Shown: positions 1 through 10,003, numbered from the stretch's first letter. The stretch: 64,000 nt of DNA from an uncultured Pseudodesulfovibrio sp. (GCF_963662885.2 NZ_CAXXKG010000011.1:8282-72281), one strand, 5' to 3'. Notes: a model not told the origin generated them from the sequence alone. Program-made: numbers and translations.

Positions 1-339
1 GCGCTGGTCGCCACGTCCGTGGTCCTGCACTACGGCTTCGCCGCCTTCGATATGCTGCCAACAGAAAGCGCGGGACGTATCATGGCCGACCGGCATTTCT
101 TTGCGGTCGACTACACCATGTTTCTCAATGTGGCGTTCGCCGTCATGACCGGCGCGTTCTGGCTGTGGAAGCGCAGGGCCGACCGGGCCGCCATGGACGG
201 CCACATGGATCATGGCGGGGGCCACGAGGGCATGTCCCACGGCTCCTCCTCACTGGGGGAACGTCTGCTTTTCTGGTTCGCCATGGTCGCCTATGTCTGG
301 CTGGCCGGAGGCGTTTTCGTCCCGCTTTTCGCGGGCTGA
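1..339 (+). CDS. C-terminal fragment of an integral membrane protein with a His/Gly-rich loop (5' end outside window)
   Basis: Frame 1 is open from base 1 (ALVATSVVLHYGF...) to the stop at 337-339. Hydrophobic segments flank DGHMDHGGGHEGMSHG. No family recognised by eye. Confidence 0.45.
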   Translation, partial: ALVATSVVLHYGFAAFDMLPTESAGRIMADRHFFAVDYTMFLNVAFAVMTGAFWLWKRRADRAAMDGHMDHGGGHEGMSHGSSSLGERLLFWFAMVAYVWLAGGVFVPLFAG

Positions 340-580
340 TAGATCCTTTGCCAAGATAAGCAAGCCACCGCCTGAACGGGCAAAGCCTGTTGCCATGCTC
401 TCGCAATATCGCGCCAGCACGACCATTGTCTGGCAAAGACGATTCGTTGTGCTGTTTGCGCTATATTTTACTTAATGAAATCGGCTTAATAGAAAAATTA
501 TTCTGATCCAGGGTCATGCGGCATGGCCTATGCAAAGTTGGGAGGCAAGAAACGCGACCACCCAACAAGGAGAAAGGATA

Positions 581-1204
581 ATGGAGATAATTTTTAGCGC
601 ACACGGTCATTCCTGTGACCTGGCACTGCATCCGGTTTCCGAGAAGACGGCTCGGACCATCCAGAAGTATGGTTCCGAAGTCTATTCCATGAAGGCCCTG
701 GAATGGTGGCGCAAGGGTAAGACCGCCACCTGGGGCATGCGCATCGACGACATGTGCAATATCCGGGTCACGGTGGACGGCCATCCGGTGGAATTCGACT
801 ATGACCGAATCATCGCCGATCCGTTGAAGATACGCCGCCGCATGTATCTCGACAGTCGGGCCAAGTACCTCTGCGTGCTCGGCTTCGACAACGAGATGTG
901 CAAGTTTTCCTGGAAGTGGAGCGATGTCTCCGAATACGACCCTTCCCAGTTCGAGTTCATGGTCCACCAGTGGGACCGCATCATGGGCGAAGAAGGGTAC
1001 TTCATCCTGGACGAAATCCGCTACGGCAACGAGTTCGCCACCAGCCACGACTGGTGCGACGCCTCGGGTTTCACCCTGGTGCCTCCGCGCATCATCGACC
1101 TGGAAGAGGTCAGGCGCGAGCTGGCTCAGGGCGGTCCGGAGCACATCGGCCCCGCTTTCCCCTCCCCCCAACACACCACACCTTCTCTCAAGTCCCCGGA
1201 ATAG
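581..1204 (+). CDS. hypothetical cytoplasmic protein
   Basis: The track ORF starts at 530, but ATG 581 is preceded by AAGGAGAAAGG. GC3-rich codons. No recognisable motif. Confidence 0.55.
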   Translation: MEIIFSAHGHSCDLALHPVSEKTARTIQKYGSEVYSMKALEWWRKGKTATWGMRIDDMCNIRVTVDGHPVEFDYDRIIADPLKIRRRMYLDSRAKYLCVLGFDNEMCKFSWKWSDVSEYDPSQFEFMVHQWDRIMGEEGYFILDEIRYGNEFATSHDWCDASGFTLVPPRIIDLEEVRRELAQGGPEHIGPAFPSPQHTTPSLKSPE

Positions 1205-1251
1205 TCCGGGCACTCCTCTTCCCATCAGGGGTATCCGCAGCCCCGCAGGGC

Positions 1252-1279
1252 AGGCCCCGTGCAGCGATGCACGGGGCCT
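1252..1279. terminator. bidirectional stem-loop between convergent genes
   Basis: Perfect 12-bp stem aggccccgtgca / tgcacggggcct with loop gcga, followed by ttt. Lies between the stops at 1204 (+) and 1324 (-). Confidence 0.6.
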
Positions 1280-1323
1280 TTGCATTGTATGATTCGGAAA
1301 GGAAGATGGTCGCGTCTGGGGGG

Positions 1324-2847
1324 TTAGGAATCGCTGGCTCGGTCCGGGGCCGGATGGTCCACATCCATGGCCGGTTGCAGACACAGGGTTACGGTGGTTC
1401 CCTGCCCCGGGCGGCTGGCCAGGGTCACTCGGCCCCCGGATTCCTCGATGATCTTCTTGATCAGGGGCAGGCCCAGCCCGTTGCCGTCCGCCTTGGTGGA
1501 ATAGAAGGGGTTGAATGCGCGATCCAGTTCGATTTCGCTCATCCCCGTGCCGGTGTCCGTTATGCGCACGACCACGTCGCCGTCGCCCATGGTCAGGGAT
1601 ACGGTGATATTCCCGCCCTCCGGCATGGCTTCGATGGAGTTCTTGATGATGTTCACCAGGCATTGTTTCAGGGAGTCGGCGTCGCCCTGGACCGAGGGCA
1701 GGTGGTCGTCGGCCTTGATGACGATGGCGTATCCCTGGCGGCCGTAGCCCACGTCCATGAGCTCCGCCACCTCCCTGCACACGCCCGTCAGGTCCACGGC
1801 CGAGCCGGGCCCGGGGGACGGACGGACGAAATTGAGCATGTTGGTCAAGAGCTTGTCCAGTCGGCGGGTCTCCTCCACGATGATCTGGACCTTCTCGCGT
1901 TCCTGCTCGTCCAGCTTGGGGGAGCGCAGCAGGGCGTTGGCGAACCCGCCCACCGCGTAGAGCGGGTTGCGGATTTCGTGGGCCAGGTAGGTGGAAATCT
2001 CCCCGATGATGGCGAATTTATCCTGCTGTTGCTGGTACTTTTCGCGCTGGGTCCGTTCGGTAATGTCCCGGTGCATGACCATGATGTGGGACATCTGCCC
2101 GCGCATGTCGAAGATGGGGTAGGCGTAGAGCCGGTAATACTGCAACAGGCCGCTGCCGTTTACCCGGGTGACCAAGGCTTCCTCCTTGCGACCGCTGAGC
2201 AGGGTCTTGTGGAAGGGGCAGACCGGGTCGAGCTGGTTGCAGAAGGTCGAGCCGTCCCGCAGCCGGGCGGCTTCCCAGCACGGCCTTCCGAGCAGTTCCT
2301 TTCTCGGCACGCCCGCCCGCTGCCAGACCGTGCGGTTCAGGTCCTGGATGTTCCCGCTCTTGTCCAGAAGGAAGATGTCCTCGCGGATTTCGTCGATGAT
2401 GGACTGGATCAGGGTGCGCTGGTGGTCCAGGCTGGTCATGTAGTGGCCCTTGACCACGGCCATGTCGTGCAGGCCGCACAGGAAGATCAGCTCCCGGTGG
2501 TCGATGATCGCGATGGAGGGTGGCAGGTCGGCCCGCAGCGCGGCGGCGACGTCCCGGTCGCCGGTGATTTCGACCACCAGGTTGATCTCCGGATGGGCGT
2601 CGAGCATCTCCCTGTAGGTCGGGTAGACGGGGCAGGTCTCGCAGTCCTCGGGCAGCGACTGGCCGGGGGTGGTGTCGCTGATGGCGGACAGGCACATCTC
2701 GGGCAGAAATTCGCGGAAGGCCTCGTTGTAGATGATGTCGAGCAGAACCCGGAGCATGGAGCCGGTGCCGACCACGCCCACGTTGAAGGGACCGAGCGTC
2801 CCGTTCCAGTAACAGACGCCGAGGTTGTCGTATGCGAAATCGTCCAT
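1324..2847 (-). CDS. cytoplasmic sensor histidine kinase: Rossmann-like N-domain + Cys-containing PAS + HisKA/HATPase
   Basis: VGVVGTGS dinucleotide-fold-like segment. PAS-like CWEAARLRDGSTFCNQLDPVCPFH. H-box LAHEIRNPL. ATPase boxes NIIKNSIEAM, DTGTGM, GNGLGLPL. Confidence 0.9.
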   Translation of the reverse strand: MDDFAYDNLGVCYWNGTLGPFNVGVVGTGSMLRVLLDIIYNEAFREFLPEMCLSAISDTTPGQSLPEDCETCPVYPTYREMLDAHPEINLVVEITGDRDVAAALRADLPPSIAIIDHRELIFLCGLHDMAVVKGHYMTSLDHQRTLIQSIIDEIREDIFLLDKSGNIQDLNRTVWQRAGVPRKELLGRPCWEAARLRDGSTFCNQLDPVCPFHKTLLSGRKEEALVTRVNGSGLLQYYRLYAYPIFDMRGQMSHIMVMHRDITERTQREKYQQQQDKFAIIGEISTYLAHEIRNPLYAVGGFANALLRSPKLDEQEREKVQIIVEETRRLDKLLTNMLNFVRPSPGPGSAVDLTGVCREVAELMDVGYGRQGYAIVIKADDHLPSVQGDADSLKQCLVNIIKNSIEAMPEGGNITVSLTMGDGDVVVRITDTGTGMSEIELDRAFNPFYSTKADGNGLGLPLIKKIIEESGGRVTLASRPGQGTTVTLCLQPAMDVDHPAPDRASDS

Positions 2848-2889
2848 GAACTCCCTCCGGTCCGGCCTTGTCTTTGTCGACCCTTCGTC

Positions 2890-3318
2890 CTAGCGGGAAC
2901 CCGATCCGTCCAGCAGTTCGGACACGCCTATCTTGCCGTGTCGCAAAAGCTTGCGCTCCATGGCCCGCTGCACGGTCTCGAGAATCTCGGGCATGGAAGC
3001 GGGCTTGAGCAGATAGTCGAAGACCCCGTTGTGCAACAGCTTCATGGCGTCGCTGATGGAGGTGTGCCCGGTCAGGCAGACCGTTTCCACGTCAAAGCCC
3101 TGCAACTGCATTTCGTTGAAGGTCTCCGCACCCGACATGCCATCCATCTTCATGTCCAGCAAAACCACGTCGAAGTCGTTGGTGGCCAGCTTGTTCAGGG
3201 CGTCGAGTCCGCTCGCCGCCGAATCCACGGTCAATCCTTCCGCGCGGAGCAGGCGGCACAGCGACTGCCGAAACCGTTCTTCGTCGTCGACCACGAGAAT
3301 TTTCGCCTTGGGATTCAT
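2890..3318 (-). CDS. single-domain response regulator (receiver only)
   Basis: KILVVDDEE, VLLDMKMDGMSG, LTGH, DYLLKP. 142 aa with no output domain. Confidence 0.92.
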   Translation of the reverse strand: MNPKAKILVVDDEERFRQSLCRLLRAEGLTVDSAASGLDALNKLATNDFDVVLLDMKMDGMSGAETFNEMQLQGFDVETVCLTGHTSISDAMKLLHNGVFDYLLKPASMPEILETVQRAMERKLLRHGKIGVSELLDGSGSR

Positions 3319-3328
3319 GGTACACCTC

Positions 3329-4258
3329 TTATCGTTTGAAGGGAATGCGCACGTTGAACGATGCGCCCTGTCCCCTGGATGACCGCACCAGGATGTCGCC
3401 GCCCAGCTCGTTGACGATCCGCAGGCTGACGGACAGGCCGAGCCCGGTGCCCTGCCCCGGTGCCTTGGTGGTGAAAAACGGGTTGAAGATCCGGTCCCGG
3501 TATTCGTCGGGAATCCCCGGCCCGGTGTCGCGTATTTCGGTGCAGGCCATGGCCCCGTCCCGGAAGGTGGTGATGAAGATGTCGCCGTCCCGGTCCACTG
3601 CCTGAACCGCGTTGATGAGCAGGTTCAGGAATACCTGGCGCAGCAGGGGAGGGTCGGAGATCACCGCGGGCAGATGCGGGTCGAATTCCCTGTGAATGTT
3701 GATGTGACGCGGGCCTGATTCGCGCTCCACCAGCTCGAGCATGTCCTCCACCAACCTGTTCACGTCCGCTTCCTGGGCCACGGGCTTGCGGTTGCGGGCC
3801 AGGTCCAGAAGCTTGTGGGTGATATCCGAGCAGCGTGAGACCTGTGCGTGTATGACGTTCAGGCTGGTGCGGACCTCTTCCAGCACCTCGGGTAGGGCTT
3901 CGGGCGAAATGTCGGCGTTCAGGTCGCAGCGCATCAGCTCCGCCTCCTGAAGGATGATGTTCAGCGGGTTGTTGATCTCGTGGGCGATGCCCGTGGACAG
4001 TTCGCCCAGGGCCAGAACCCGCTGGGACTGGATGAGCTGGTCGTTCATTTCGACGCGCTCGGCCTCGGCCTGGTCCAGCCAACGGGCCGAGGCCCAGAGC
4101 AGCAGCCACATGCCTCCGGCCACTGCCACGGCCACGGCCAGGGCCAGGTGGTCGCCCGTGCGCCCGTGGAACCATGCGGCCGCGCCCACGGCCAGACAGG
4201 AGATCGGGAAGGCGGATCGGCCGAGCATGACGACCCGTCGGGCATAGGTCAGACTCAT
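3329..4258 (-). CDS. membrane histidine kinase with two TM helices and no obvious sensor domain
   Basis: H-box IAHEINNPL. DTGPGI and GTGLGLS boxes. Its start overlaps the stop of the upstream receiver by 4 nt. Confidence 0.9.
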   Translation of the reverse strand: MSLTYARRVVMLGRSAFPISCLAVGAAAWFHGRTGDHLALAVAVAVAGGMWLLLWASARWLDQAEAERVEMNDQLIQSQRVLALGELSTGIAHEINNPLNIILQEAELMRCDLNADISPEALPEVLEEVRTSLNVIHAQVSRCSDITHKLLDLARNRKPVAQEADVNRLVEDMLELVERESGPRHINIHREFDPHLPAVISDPPLLRQVFLNLLINAVQAVDRDGDIFITTFRDGAMACTEIRDTGPGIPDEYRDRIFNPFFTTKAPGQGTGLGLSVSLRIVNELGGDILVRSSRGQGASFNVRIPFKR

Positions 4259-4653
4259 TGCTGCCCCCGCCTCTCGATGCGCAGCCTGGCGTGCTCATAG
4301 GCCGCGCGGATGCGTTCGAGCAGGTTGTCGATGGAGAACGGCTTGAGGATGTAGTCGTAGGCCCCGAGGCTGATGCCTTCGATGCCCGACTGCAGGGAGC
4401 CGTGTCCGGTGAGCATGATGACCTCGGTGTCGCGGAACCGCTTGCGGATCTCCTTCAGCGTGTCGATGCCGGACAAGCCGGGCATGCGCACGTCCAGGAT
4501 GACCACATTCACCGGATTCTCCCGAAGGAAGGCCAGCGCGGCCTCGCCGTTGGTCACGGTGTCCACGAGAACGTTGCGCTTGGTCAGCCTGCGCCGGATG
4601 AGCTTCAGGAAATCGGGTTCGTCGTCGACCACAAGTACGCGGATCTGGTTCAT
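4255..4653 (-). CDS. single-domain response regulator
   Basis: RVLVVDDEPDF, ILDVRMPGLSG, LTGHG, DYILKP. 4-nt overlaps on both sides. Confidence 0.92.
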   Translation of the reverse strand: MNQIRVLVVDDEPDFLKLIRRRLTKRNVLVDTVTNGEAALAFLRENPVNVVILDVRMPGLSGIDTLKEIRKRFRDTEVIMLTGHGSLQSGIEGISLGAYDYILKPFSIDNLLERIRAAYEHARLRIERRGQQ

Positions 4654-6335
4654 GGTTCCTCCTTGCCGCCCGTGAATTGCGGCCCGGCAAAGGGCAGGCG
4701 GATGGTGAAGGTCGTGCCCTGTCCCGGCTCGCTGTCGACCTTGATGGTCCCGCCCAGCTTGCTCAGGGCGCTGTAGACTATGGAAAGGCCCAGCCCGGTT
4801 CCCTCGCCGGTGGGCTTGGTGGTGAAGAAGGGGTCGAACACCTTGGCCAGGTTTTCCTTGGCGATCCCCTCTCCGCTGTCGGCGATGTTCAGGACCACGC
4901 CGTCCCGGTCCGTCCGGGTGACCACCGTGATCTGGCCGTCGTGGTCGATGGCATCGATGGCGTTTTCCAGCAGGTTCAGGATGACCTGCTGCAACTGGTT
5001 GGCGTCGGTGGTGATCAGGGGGAGTTCCGGGGCGAGATCGGTTGTCAGGGCGATGTTCCGGTGCCGGGTCTCGTTTTCCAGGAAGGACGCGGTCTGGTTG
5101 GCCAGCATGTTCAGGTCCACGTCCTCCTGCAGCGGCTCCATGCGCCGGGCAAAGCCGAGCATACGGTGGGTCACGGTGCGCGCCCGCTCCACGTGGCGGT
5201 CGATGTCCGAGACCGCCTCGACCAGCTCATCCACGGCCGGGCCTTCACCCAGCTCGCCGTCGTTGATGATATCCCGGATCCAGCCCGCGCTCTCGCGGAT
5301 GATGGACAGCGGGTTGTTGACCTCGTGCGCCACGCCCGCGGCCAGCTTGCCCAAGGAGGCCATCTTGCTCGACTGCATGACCGCCGCGTCCATGTCCGCC
5401 CGCTGGCGGTCCGAGGCCCGCAGCCGGGAAACGGCCGAGGACACGGTCATGTATGCACCGAGGAAGATCATCAGGCCGCAGGCGCCGAGCAGGGCGTAGA
5501 CGATGGAGCGGGTGCGTACCAGGGGCGAAAGCTCCTCATCCGGGTTTTCCGTGATGACCAGCCGCCAGTTGGTGTCCGGCAGGGGGGTGATCCCGGCGAT
5601 GACCGGGACGCCGTCCCGCCGCCAGGATGCGATCTCCACGCCCTCGGCCTGTTCATGCGCGGGCAGGGCGACCTTTGCCAGAGCCTTGCCGCCGAAGCGC
5701 GAAGGGGTCTGGAGCACGCCCTGGCCGTTGACGATGTATGCGTCGCCCTGTTTGCCAGTGCGCACGTTGCGTACCAGCGAGGTGAACACCTCGGAGTCGA
5801 TGGTCGCCCGCAAAATCCAGGTCCTGCCCGACTCCTGGCGCTTCACCGCTATGATGAAGTGCGGGAAGTTGCGGAAGCCCATGAACACGTCGCTGATGTA
5901 CAGCCCCTTGAGCATGACCTGATGGAACCACGGCTCGTCGCGGTAGTTCACGTCCATCAGGTCGAACGGCCCGCAGTACGCCTCGTGGACGCCGTTCTGG
6001 CCGATGACCCCGATGTCGAAGAATGAGCTTGAGGTGCCGTGGACCGCGTCGAAGACCCGGTTCAGATAGGCCTGGTCGGACATCTCGGCAAAGGAGTGGA
6101 TGTCGGCCAGCATCTGGAGCTGGACCACCCGCTCGTCCAGGAACATGGAGATGGCGTCCCGCCGGTTGGCGACCATTAACCGCAGGTTGTCGGTCAATTT
6201 CTCCTCGTAGGTCTGCCGGAACTCGTTGTGAATGACGTAGCCCAGTGCGAAGAGCGGGACCAGGGAGAGTCCCAGGGTGATCAGCACCAGATACCACTTG
6301 AGGCGGGAGTATGGTGTGGCGTTCATGCCGCGCAC
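4650..6335 (-). CDS. Cache-type periplasmic sensor histidine kinase
   Basis: TM, ~250-aa extracytoplasmic region (Cache-like YISDVFMGFRNFPHFIIAV), then a second TM. H-box VAHEVNNPL. DSGEGI and GTGLGLS boxes. Paralog of 16889-18565. Confidence 0.9.
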   Translation of the reverse strand: MRGMNATPYSRLKWYLVLITLGLSLVPLFALGYVIHNEFRQTYEEKLTDNLRLMVANRRDAISMFLDERVVQLQMLADIHSFAEMSDQAYLNRVFDAVHGTSSSFFDIGVIGQNGVHEAYCGPFDLMDVNYRDEPWFHQVMLKGLYISDVFMGFRNFPHFIIAVKRQESGRTWILRATIDSEVFTSLVRNVRTGKQGDAYIVNGQGVLQTPSRFGGKALAKVALPAHEQAEGVEIASWRRDGVPVIAGITPLPDTNWRLVITENPDEELSPLVRTRSIVYALLGACGLMIFLGAYMTVSSAVSRLRASDRQRADMDAAVMQSSKMASLGKLAAGVAHEVNNPLSIIRESAGWIRDIINDGELGEGPAVDELVEAVSDIDRHVERARTVTHRMLGFARRMEPLQEDVDLNMLANQTASFLENETRHRNIALTTDLAPELPLITTDANQLQQVILNLLENAIDAIDHDGQITVVTRTDRDGVVLNIADSGEGIAKENLAKVFDPFFTTKPTGEGTGLGLSIVYSALSKLGGTIKVDSEPGQGTTFTIRLPFAGPQFTGGKEEP

Positions 6336-8938
6336 CCCGCTTCCCGGAGTTCTCCGGGCAGGCCATCCAACAGCTTTTCAATGTCCGCTTCGAAACGGTC
6401 GCGGTAGCGGACGACCATGCCCGGGTCGGCAAGGGACATGTCTATCTGTCGGGTGTGCATGAGCAGATAGCCGAGTACGGCCATGGCCTGTTCCACGGCC
6501 CGGCTGCTGACGCCCTCCAGACGGGCGAACAGGGCGTCGTCGCGGATCTCGGCGATAAAGCCTCGCTTCTCGAGAATCTCGGCCATCATGCGCGAGCGCA
6601 GATGGCGGCGGTCCATGCTCGCACCGCCTCCCTTGAACTGGAACAGGGCGTAGTTTTCGTTGGGATCGTCGCCCGCAAATCCCTCGATGGTGCAGAAGTG
6701 GAAGCCGAATCGTGATTGCAGGTTGCAGTATCGGCCGCCCACGATGAAGTAGTTGCGTTCGCCCATGTCGTTGCGCACCCCGGCTGTCAGGGCCGGATTC
6801 TGCGCCGCGTTGGTCATCACCGACATGAAACCGTCCATGGTCGGGGTGGGAGGTCCTTCCCAGGGGACGGTCATCATGCCGTACCACAGGGCCCGCATGG
6901 TACTGGACCGGACGGCGTCGATGGTGACGTTTCGGCTTGAATCCGCCGTTGCGCCCGCGTCCGCCGAGGTCCCGCCGCCGATGTCCACCAGCCAGTATTG
7001 CATGGCCCGCTCGCCGGTCAGTCTGCGCGCGCCCGAGACAGGGCGGTCGTCCCGGACGAACATCTCGTAGACCGCCTTTTCGTGGCAGAACCGGGTGATG
7101 TCGTGCATGGACCGGCATCCTTCGGGCCGGAATTCCGGGGATTCCGGGTCGGTCAGGTTCAGCGGGGTGATGAACTTGAGGACCCGTTCCAGAGCCAGCC
7201 CCACGTCGGTCGTACGCGCACGCTTTGCGGGGCGGGCTTCACGACGTATCATCCGCTTGCGGCGGCCAAGATATATGGTCCCGTTGGCCCCGTTGACCGT
7301 GACCACGCCCACGCCGGACAACCGCTCCACGGCACCGGGCGCGCCGATCAGGGCCGGGACGCCGTATTCCCTGGCCACGTTGGCCAGATGGCCCACGGAA
7401 CTGCCGAACTCGGCCACCAGGGCCGCGGCCCGGGGCAGCAGGGCGGAAAGTTGCGGACGGGCGTTCCTGGCCAGCAGGACCGCACCGTCCGGGAAGCGAA
7501 ACATGTCCTCCTCGGTCTCCACCTTGACCACGTACCCTGCGGCCGCGCCCGGGCTGGCCGGAATACAGCCGCTCAGGAGGGCCAGGCCCCGGCTCTCTTC
7601 GTCGTCCGTCCACGATTCGGACTTGTTGTCGATCCCATCGCCGCAGACGTTCAGGGGGCGGCATTGCAGGATGACGAGCAGTCCTTCGCGGTCCTTGGCC
7701 CATTCTATGTCCTGGGGATGCCCGAAATGGGCCTCTATGCGCAGGGCCATGGCGGCAAGCCGCTCCACGTCGTGGTCCGTGACGGCCGGTTCCAACTCCC
7801 TGCCGCCGAACAGCTTTTCCTTCCGGATCTTGCCGCCCGAGGTCAGAACGAACCGGATTTCCTTCTGGGCGATGTCGCGGCTTCTGATTCTGCCGGTTTC
7901 GCGGTCAACGGCGTAAGAGTCGGCCATGGAGCTGCCGTCCACCACGGCACAGGGCAGACCGGGAACGGCATTGACGATGACCACGTCCGCCTCGTCGCCC
8001 ACAGGAGGACGGGTATAGACCACGCCGCCCGCCACGGCGTTGATCATCTCCATGCACCCGGCGGCCATGACCATGCCGTCTTCGCGCAGCCCTCGGTTGC
8101 GCACGTAGGTCAGGGCCGTGGCCGAGTACATGCTTGCGATGACCTCGCGGTAGGCCTCGGTCACCCGGGCGGGTTTGACCCCGAGCCGGGAAATGAACTG
8201 TCCTGCGAACCCGGTCTGTTCCGAATCCTCGCCCAGGGCGCTGGAGCGGACCGCCAGGCGGACGTCGCCCATGCGGGCGCACTGATCGCGTACGGCTGAC
8301 TCCAGTTCGTCCGGCATGGGGGCCAGGTCGATGGCGTGACGGATACTTCGCGCCAGATCGGAAAGCTCTTCAAGGGACGTCCCGTCGTGGATCTGGATGA
8401 GCCGGTTGATTTCGTCGTCCAGGGCGGTGGATTCCATGAACAGTCGGTACCCGGAGGCCGTGATGGCGAATCCCCGCGGGACTACCGCGCCGAGTTCGGC
8501 CTTGATCTCGCCGAGCATGGCCACCTTGGAACCCGCCTCGGACAGGTCCAGGGCGCGCAGATCGGCCATACGCACCACGAGCGGGCCGAGCGGCCCCCTG
8601 GCAGGGCCGGAAAAGGCTTTGTCCATGTCTTTGACTACGGCATTGAACACATCGCGCAGGGGCTCGTATCGGTCCGGAGCCATGCTGCACAACCGCTCGA
8701 TCATCTGGCGTACGCTGGAGGCAACCATGACGCTGTAGGCCCGCACCCGGGTGATCCCGGACGGGTGGTCGGAACGGGCCGCCTCGGTCATCTCGGCCAT
8801 CAGTTCAAGGGCCTTCCCATTGGCCGCGAGCAGCAGCCTGAAGTCCTCTGACTTGTTGAGGAATCTCTCCGTTGCTTCGCGTTCGCCTTCGGGGTTGCCG
8901 TGGATGAAGCGGAACAGGGTCTTGAGCGCGGTCTTCAT
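6323..8938 (-). CDS. PEP-synthase/PPDK-like dikinase (ATP-grasp + swivel phosphohistidine domain) with an unassigned C-terminal domain
   Basis: AVRSSALGEDSEQTGFAGQF and PQDIEWAKD (PPDK_N type). Swivel motif GSSVGHLANVAREYGVPALIG (His codon 7388-7390). The C-terminal ~280 aa (6323-7162) resemble only the paralog at 38365-40818. Confidence 0.85.
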   Translation of the reverse strand: MKTALKTLFRFIHGNPEGEREATERFLNKSEDFRLLLAANGKALELMAEMTEAARSDHPSGITRVRAYSVMVASSVRQMIERLCSMAPDRYEPLRDVFNAVVKDMDKAFSGPARGPLGPLVVRMADLRALDLSEAGSKVAMLGEIKAELGAVVPRGFAITASGYRLFMESTALDDEINRLIQIHDGTSLEELSDLARSIRHAIDLAPMPDELESAVRDQCARMGDVRLAVRSSALGEDSEQTGFAGQFISRLGVKPARVTEAYREVIASMYSATALTYVRNRGLREDGMVMAAGCMEMINAVAGGVVYTRPPVGDEADVVIVNAVPGLPCAVVDGSSMADSYAVDRETGRIRSRDIAQKEIRFVLTSGGKIRKEKLFGGRELEPAVTDHDVERLAAMALRIEAHFGHPQDIEWAKDREGLLVILQCRPLNVCGDGIDNKSESWTDDEESRGLALLSGCIPASPGAAAGYVVKVETEEDMFRFPDGAVLLARNARPQLSALLPRAAALVAEFGSSVGHLANVAREYGVPALIGAPGAVERLSGVGVVTVNGANGTIYLGRRKRMIRREARPAKRARTTDVGLALERVLKFITPLNLTDPESPEFRPEGCRSMHDITRFCHEKAVYEMFVRDDRPVSGARRLTGERAMQYWLVDIGGGTSADAGATADSSRNVTIDAVRSSTMRALWYGMMTVPWEGPPTPTMDGFMSVMTNAAQNPALTAGVRNDMGERNYFIVGGRYCNLQSRFGFHFCTIEGFAGDDPNENYALFQFKGGGASMDRRHLRSRMMAEILEKRGFIAEIRDDALFARLEGVSSRAVEQAMAVLGYLLMHTRQIDMSLADPGMVVRYRDRFEADIEKLLDGLPGELREAGCAA

Positions 8939-8953
8939 GGCGGACCTCCGGGG

Positions 8954-9337
8954 CTACGGTTGGCCGCGACGTCGGGTGCGCACGGCGTCCAGCACCTTGA
9001 AATACAGCTCGTCGGTGCCCACGGGCTTGAGCAGGAAGTCGAAGGCACCCATGTCCATGCCTTTGATGAGCACGCCGGAGTCCGCGTGTCCGGTGAGGAT
9101 GATGACCGGCAGGTCCGGCCTGATCGCCTTGATCCGGCGCAGGGTCTCGAGTCCGTTCATCTCCGGCATCATGACGTCGAGGATGGCCACGTCGAACTCG
9201 CTTTCACGGACGTGGTCGATGGCCTGCTGTCCGCTGGAGGCCTCGGTAATCTCCACGTTTCTCCGCTTGAAGCGGCGCGCGTAAGCGGTCAGAAAATCCG
9301 GTTCGTCATCGACCAGGAGCAGGCGTATCTTTTTCAT
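8954..9337 (-). CDS. single-domain response regulator
   Basis: The track ORF runs to 9421, but ATG 9337 follows GGAGGA and yields MKKIRLLLVDDEPDF. ILDVMMPEMNG, LTGH, DFLLKP. Confidence 0.9.
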   Translation of the reverse strand: MKKIRLLLVDDEPDFLTAYARRFKRRNVEITEASSGQQAIDHVRESEFDVAILDVMMPEMNGLETLRRIKAIRPDLPVIILTGHADSGVLIKGMDMGAFDFLLKPVGTDELYFKVLDAVRTRRRGQP

Positions 9338-9378
9338 GGCGGTCCTCCGTTGCGGGGACTCCCCTACGGGGCCGGGGG

Positions 9379-9394
9379 CGGGGGCGCGCCCCCG
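9379..9394. repeat. 16-bp perfect GC palindrome (cgggggcgcgcccccg) in the Yip1-receiver gap
   Basis: Read directly from the sequence. Possible intra-operon hairpin. Confidence 0.5.
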
Positions 9395-9454
9395 GCCGGA
9401 TGGGGAGGGTAAGGAATGCATGCGCGCGCTCGTCGTTCGCGCGGGGGGACATCC

Positions 9455-10003
9455 CTATTGGAACAGTTCCTTCAGCTCCATGACCATGGGGGCCGCGGTC
9501 CAGAAAAAGAGGAGCATGACCACTGCGGTCAGGAGGATGAGCGTGAACGCCCTGGTCTTGCTCACCCCGAGCCCCTTGTGCAGTCCCACGCCGATGAGCA
9601 GAGCGCGGACCGGTTCCATGACCACGGCCAGCCCCGGAATCCAGGAGACGACCATGACCGCGCCGCTGGCGTATGCGTAGATGTTGAAGACCCGGCCGAA
9701 GCCGGTCCGGTCTCGCCCGGTCATGCCCATGAGGGTGAAGGTGATTACCGCCCCGAAGGCGGGCATGAGGATGGCGTTGAGCATCATGACCATCCCCATG
9801 GACAGGGAGTTTTCGAAAAAGTAGGCCATGCTCACCGAGCAGTAGAACAGGGCCGAAATCATCAGGAAGAGCAGCGCCCGGCGTGAACCCGGTTCGTCGG
9901 CCACCCGCTCGAAGTGGCGCACGGGCGTGCGCATGACGTCCATCAAGGTCTCGAAATATTCCCGGATCCCCATCCGTTGGCTGGTCTCTCGCGTCGCTTC
10001 CAT
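9455..10003 (-). CDS. Yip1-family-like polytopic membrane protein
   Basis: 182 aa. A short cytoplasmic N-terminus is followed by about five hydrophobic helices. The overall pattern resembles the YIP1 domain. Confidence 0.6.
   Translation of the reverse strand: MEATRETSQRMGIREYFETLMDVMRTPVRHFERVADEPGSRRALLFLMISALFYCSVSMAYFFENSLSMGMVMMLNAILMPAFGAVITFTLMGMTGRDRTGFGRVFNIYAYASGAVMVVSWIPGLAVVMEPVRALLIGVGLHKGLGVSKTRAFTLILLTAVVMLLFFWTAAPMVMELKELFQ

Noticed and set aside
898-3339. 813-aa ORF on the plus strand. There are similar very long track ORFs at 27427-29046 (-), 29418-31550 (+), 34884-37088 (-), 10608-12131 (+), 46707-48251 (-), 56455-58044 (+), 23321-24838 (+), 53210-54451 (-) and 49705-51078 (-).
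   Set aside because: Each is antisense to, or frame-shifted from, an ORF with unmistakable family motifs (kinases, PMM, molybdoenzyme, NifD, NifA, ProV and others). Their translations are Gly/Arg/His/Asp/Val-rich and low-complexity, as expected from stop-poor shadow frames in GC-rich DNA.
9338-9421. N-terminal 28-aa extension of the receiver (track start at 9421). Similar upstream extensions occur at 13551, 40754, 49612, 50987, 52871, 60154 and 27589.
   Set aside because: In each case an internal ATG or GTG with a good Shine-Dalgarno sequence gives the family-typical N-terminus. The extensions are Pro/Arg/Gly-rich or overlap the preceding gene.
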